Source: Promethearchaeota archaeon
GTDB lineage: Archaea > Asgardarchaeota > Lokiarchaeia > Sigyniarchaeales > SOKP01
NCBI GenBank assembly: GCA_048939995.1
Contig: JBHLOY010000015.1
Location: forward strand, 1-42,341
Direction of reading: 5' to 3'
DNA: 42,341 bases
Shown here: piece by piece, positions 38,240-42,341 of the stretch
How the letters are laid out: each line of letters starts with the position of its first letter
Position numbering within the stretch: position 1 is the first letter of the stretch
Notes under the pieces: generated by a model
The model's input: the letters and a program-made list of their open reading frames with translations, nothing else
The model's database searches: none
Told to the model about the DNA's origin: nothing
Program-made: the position numbers and the translations under genes

Positions 38240-39004
38240 CTATTCTTTGTCATTACATATTTCTTTTATAGTTTCGATGATATAATCAACCAATTTCTCT
38301 ATATACTTCTTCCCTCTGTCAGCATCCGCTCGAGTTGGGTCGCCTATAACACCTATTTTTGATAAAGCAGTCATACCTTTTTCGAAAAGTAACTTCTGGG
38401 TATTTAAATCAATTGGTCCAACATAACCAGTTTTAAAGCGATCTTTAATTACCTGATCTTCTTTTATTGCTAACATCTGTGAAGTTTCTAGTTCTCCAGC
38501 ATGACCTCCCGCTTCTTCTTGATTTATCCCAAAATCCTGGGCAATTTTGAATAAGTAATTCATAAATTTTATTAGGTTGATACGTCCAATTAGTGTTATC
38601 TCAGGATATTCAGGTTGTATCTCGTTAAGTGCTTCTTTTAAAGGTTCGAAATTACCTCCATGACTAGGAATAAAGATAATTCTTTTGAAGCCAAAACGAG
38701 CGAGACTCCTAATATAATCGAATAAAATTGCTTTAAGTGTCTCTTTCTTTAACGATATTGTACCTGGAAATGATAAATGATGTTCTGAACAACCAATCCT
38801 AATCGTCTGAGCTTGTAATGCATTTCCTAATCTGATAGCTACTTTATTAGCCAAGATATCTGCAATTATAGCATCAGTTTGGGTCGGAAGATGTGGACCA
38901 TGTTGTTCTGTAGAACCAACACCAATTACAACATTGTTATATCCCTTCTGAACGGCTTCTCCTATGTCCACCCAATTCATTTCTTCCATACGGAGAGTTT
39001 TCAT
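38240..39004 (-). CDS. Creatininase / creatinine amidohydrolase family protein
   Basis: GSTEQHGPHLP..TD, SEHH..FPGT, SHGGN and HAGELETS. Confidence 0.92.
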   Translation of the reverse strand: MKTLRMEEMNWVDIGEAVQKGYNNVVIGVGSTEQHGPHLPTQTDAIIADILANKVAIRLGNALQAQTIRIGCSEHHLSFPGTISLKKETLKAILFDYIRSLARFGFKRIIFIPSHGGNFEPLKEALNEIQPEYPEITLIGRINLIKFMNYLFKIAQDFGINQEEAGGHAGELETSQMLAIKEDQVIKDRFKTGYVGPIDLNTQKLLFEKGMTALSKIGVIGDPTRADADRGKKYIEKLVDYIIETIKEICNDKE

Positions 39005-39056
39005 TAATTTCTACACTTTTTATATTAGGATTTAAAATTAAAATAAAAAAAAATTA

Positions 39057-40472
39057 TTATGTCTTTGATTTTTTCTCTTGATGAATCTTCTCTCTTTGTT
39101 CTTTTACCTGCTTTAATCTTTCCCCGTCTAAAGGATAAAAATATATTGCTATTATCGCAATTATTAAAGCGATTGCGGGGTATATAAACATCAAACTTCT
39201 AAGACCAAATTCAATTTCTGGAGTCATACTTCCAGTAAAATACGGATAATCAGCAACTAGAAATACGGGGCCAATAATTATAAAGACGAATACGGTAGCA
39301 AATCTTTGAAAGAATATATTGATCCCATAATATCCGCCTTCTCTTCGTATTCCGCTTTTAACTTCGTCCTCATCAATAATATCGGCAATAATTATATCAA
39401 TAATGTAGAGAGAGCCAGATAAGCCAATTCCTATCAAAAAGAACACAATAAATGCAATAACTTCTAAAAATGGGATACTTGAATTTAGGAAAAATAATGG
39501 CACTAGAGTCACAATCCAAATATTCATAGATAACAACCAAGATCTTCTTGGTCCCAATTTTTGAACAAGTGGTTTCCATAATAGCGTCATAAAAATTGCT
39601 GTTGACAAGAAGGTCGCCCCTAATAACAAAGAAATTATAATAGATGAAAATCCTAAAATGAATTCACCATATAATGGGACAATGACTGGTAACATGCCAT
39701 AAACAAACCAATTTGCGATTTCTGCAGGGATATACCGCATAAAACTCTTACTCTTAACACAAAACTTAAGAGTATTAAAAAAGTTTGGAGCAAGTTTATA
39801 TTCTTCACGAAATTCCAATCTTTCTTTTGGTGAGAACTTTAAGAATAACAAACCAGGGATTATGATAATAATAGCTACAATCATTCCATAAAAAGGATAT
39901 TCCCCTGGTTGGGGGCTTGTATAGCTAGAAATAAAAATTCCTGGTAAGATGAAAGCAGCAATCAAACCGACAATAGCAAAAAGTTGTCTTACATTATTCC
40001 CTTTTGTTCTCTCTTCTACAGTAATGAAGATCTCAGGATACAGTGCTGTAAAGTTGATATCATACATTGTAAAAAACAATTCAAAAATAATAATTATGAA
40101 TAGAAAATAGATGAAATTTGCAATAGTATTGCTAATTCCCCATGTAATCGGGGGTGTAAATAGTAAAATCAAAATCAGTGCTATAGGGAATAATGAAAGC
40201 ATTATCCAAGGAAATCTGCGACCCCATTTTGATTGTGTCCTATCTGAGAGGTATCCAATAATCGTATCATTAAAACTATTCCAAATAGACCATATTATAA
40301 ATCCAATACATATCCATAAAATATCAATCCCCACAACTGCAAAGTAAAATGTAAATGTTAGAAATGTAAAAGCCTGATAAGATGAGATATCCGCAATTTG
40401 ACCCACCCCATATGAAATCGCACGCTTATATGAGAACTTCTTTCCTTCACTATGCGAATTTTCCTTAATCAT
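39057..40472 (-). CDS. MFS transporter, glycoside-pentoside-hexuronide (GPH/MelB) family
   Basis: About 12 TM segments; ND.IIGYLSDRTQSKWGRRFPW and IADIIDEDE..SG.RREG.YYG. Confidence 0.92.
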   Translation of the reverse strand: MIKENSHSEGKKFSYKRAISYGVGQIADISSYQAFTFLTFTFYFAVVGIDILWICIGFIIWSIWNSFNDTIIGYLSDRTQSKWGRRFPWIMLSLFPIALILILLFTPPITWGISNTIANFIYFLFIIIIFELFFTMYDINFTALYPEIFITVEERTKGNNVRQLFAIVGLIAAFILPGIFISSYTSPQPGEYPFYGMIVAIIIIIPGLLFLKFSPKERLEFREEYKLAPNFFNTLKFCVKSKSFMRYIPAEIANWFVYGMLPVIVPLYGEFILGFSSIIISLLLGATFLSTAIFMTLLWKPLVQKLGPRRSWLLSMNIWIVTLVPLFFLNSSIPFLEVIAFIVFFLIGIGLSGSLYIIDIIIADIIDEDEVKSGIRREGGYYGINIFFQRFATVFVFIIIGPVFLVADYPYFTGSMTPEIEFGLRSLMFIYPAIALIIAIIAIYFYPLDGERLKQVKEQREKIHQEKKSKT

Positions 40473-40713
40473 AAAGAATCAAAGTATTTTTTTTATAAAT
40501 TGATCTTATTTCTTTTGACTCTTAATAAATCTTTATCTATGACTATCAAAATATCTGTTTAGCAAGAAAAAAGTCAATTAATTTCCAATTTAGAAATAAT
40601 TAAGAATGAGATGTTTTACTCATTTCTTAAAGGAATGATTTTAAATAAATGGTTCTACTTTATACCTGCCATTCCAAGATTTTTAAGGTGTGATAATTCA
40701 ATTATCCTCATTA

Positions 40714-40899
40714 TTAATCAGATTTCTCGATGATATAAATGGAAAATTCTAACTTAGCACTCTCTTTGATTTGATTTATCTTTTTTAGAATTTCAATTAA
40801 ATTTTTACTAAATACTCTTGGATCAAATTCGTATCTGCATAAATCTTGTATTTTATGGCAATAATCTATAAAATTCCCTCTTTTTTGGTATACTGCCAT
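40714..40899 (-). CDS. Possible small hypothetical protein (61 aa)
   Basis: ATG preceded by purine-rich AAGGAAGGG, co-oriented with neighbours, fills an intergenic gap. No recognisable motif. Confidence 0.35.
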   Translation of the reverse strand: MAVYQKRGNFIDYCHKIQDLCRYEFDPRVFSKNLIEILKKINQIKESAKLEFSIYIIEKSD

Positions 40900-40931
40900 T
40901 TATTTCCCTTCCTTAATTTTTATAAAATTAT

Positions 40932-42341
40932 TTAATTTTCATTATAATTTACATAAATCTTTTCAATACTAATATAACAAAAGTTAAGTGTATCTAACAA
41001 TGAAATTGCAACATCTTCAGAGATTTTATTATTCTCTAATAATTTATTTACTTCTTCCTTGGCACGGTCTATAAATTGTTGAACTAGTGACAATGTTGAA
41101 TCTGGGGCAATATCACGTGATAGCTTGATAATAGCGAGTTCTAGTTGCAGAGCACTCAATTTTATTAAGTGTTCTAAATATTTAGTGCCACAATCACCAA
41201 TGCTTTCATCAATAAAATCTAACAGGTTCAAAAACTCTACTTCAACCGAAGCAATATCGTATCCACAATTTATACCTTTAACATAATCGACAGTATTGCC
41301 GATTAGTAGTATAACAAAATTTCTAATTTGGCGTAGAGATAGAATTATTTCATCTCTTACTCCTTCAGATATCAAGTTAATTTTATTATAGAATTCTGTC
41401 TCAAATTCGACAAATTCTATTATTGCCTGTACTATGATTTCATTAAATAAACAAGAATTGAGATCTCCCGCTTCAACTAATAAATATGCATCTCTTAAAT
41501 CCTGTTGTGCTAAATACAATTTAAATCTTATATTATCTGCTAGTATGGAGCAGAGATTGTCATTAACATAATCTTTTAAATATTCAAGTAATTTATCTAG
41601 GCGTTGAAAACAATTTTCAAGATCTACATTAATGGAAAATGACTCAGTATGAAATTCCTCGTCGCCTTCCCAATCATTATCATTATTTGTTGAATAAACT
41701 TCTAAATTATAATTTCCTGGTTTTAATGGGATATTGATAGTATAATTAACATATTCCTGAGAAATGATACCTGATTGCAGAATTACACCTTCCTCATCAT
41801 ATAAGAAATACTCTCCAGTCGCTTGACTATCGACGGTACCATCATCATCAAGAATAAATATTTGATAATTGAAACCATCATAACAAAGATAAGCTTTTGG
41901 TGGTGTAGCATCATCATCGACAACTTCGAAAATAGAACTTATTTTAGTAGTTTGTTGATCTCCTTCTCGATCGTTATCAGCATCTATTGCAACAATAGTA
42001 AGGTTATACAGACACCCAGGAATCCCTAGATTTTCAATTAAAATTAGATTATCCCCGTCGTCATCATAAAACAGGACATCATTAAACTCAATAAATAATT
42101 CAGAAATCCCAGAATTATCTTCAACTAAAACCTCAATAATTAACAATCCATAATAATCATAAACAATATTGTTAATTATTTGAAAATTCTTAATTAATGG
42201 TCCTTCTTCATCATCATCGGTAATGTTAATCCATATTGTAATAGTTGAGTATAATACATCATCAGCTCTGTCGATATCACCATCACTCGCAGTGAACACA
42301 AATTTATAACTCCCTAAATTGTTAGGTACCTGATAAATTCC
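40932..42341 (-). CDS. Acidic repeat-containing, probably extracellular protein, C-terminal part (gene starts beyond the window)
   Basis: Frame is open to base 42341. Repeats ASDGDIDRADD / AIDADNDREGD / STNNDNDWEGD and DDDEEGP / DDDATPP, followed by a helical C-terminal domain. Confidence 0.75.
   Translation of the reverse strand, partial: GIYQVPNNLGSYKFVFTASDGDIDRADDVLYSTITIWINITDDDEEGPLIKNFQIINNIVYDYYGLLIIEVLVEDNSGISELFIEFNDVLFYDDDGDNLILIENLGIPGCLYNLTIVAIDADNDREGDQQTTKISSIFEVVDDDATPPKAYLCYDGFNYQIFILDDDGTVDSQATGEYFLYDEEGVILQSGIISQEYVNYTINIPLKPGNYNLEVYSTNNDNDWEGDEEFHTESFSINVDLENCFQRLDKLLEYLKDYVNDNLCSILADNIRFKLYLAQQDLRDAYLLVEAGDLNSCLFNEIIVQAIIEFVEFETEFYNKINLISEGVRDEIILSLRQIRNFVILLIGNTVDYVKGINCGYDIASVEVEFLNLLDFIDESIGDCGTKYLEHLIKLSALQLELAIIKLSRDIAPDSTLSLVQQFIDRAKEEVNKLLENNKISEDVAISLLDTLNFCYISIEKIYVNYNEN

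Noticed and set aside
38240-39004. Mycofactocin peptidase MftE / RiPP cluster
   Set aside because: No precursor peptide, RRE protein or radical SAM gene nearby, so only a family-level creatininase call is supportable.
164-42029. Short overlapping ORFs in the track (e.g. 164..376, 2615..3010, 8177..8464, 27386..27682, 33384..33728)
   Set aside because: They are antisense or alternative-frame shadows of well-supported genes and carry no motifs.

Overview
AT-rich archaeal chromosomal segment whose gene content points to an Asgard archaeon (Lokiarchaeia-like; inferred from gene families, not from a marker phylogeny). Housekeeping and metabolic genes include AMP phosphorylase (partial), ATP-dependent DNA ligase, a GH36 alpha-galactosidase, a RuBisCO-like protein, eS25, an intron-containing tRNA-Ser(CGA), a PfkB kinase, a class III aminotransferase, a creatininase and a GPH transporter. 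Mixed among them are eukaryote-like genes: a gelsolin-domain protein, three HEAT+LRR proteins, a longin-fused small GTPase, a Rag-like GTPase and a Bud23-like methyltransferase. The most striking structure is at 14.2-26.5 kb. It holds two copies of a coupled two-gene module, a ~1450-aa single-pass surface protein with a conserved cytoplasmic tail followed by a 367-aa longin/uDENN-like + winged-helix protein, and these flank a longin-fused GTPase. This is a candidate receptor-to-small-GTPase signalling system. Other notable points are apparent ATC start codons that hide the N-termini of two genes, and several probable pseudoenzymes (HisC with K->Q, ThiI without a PP-loop). No CRISPR array, rRNA or mobile element was seen.
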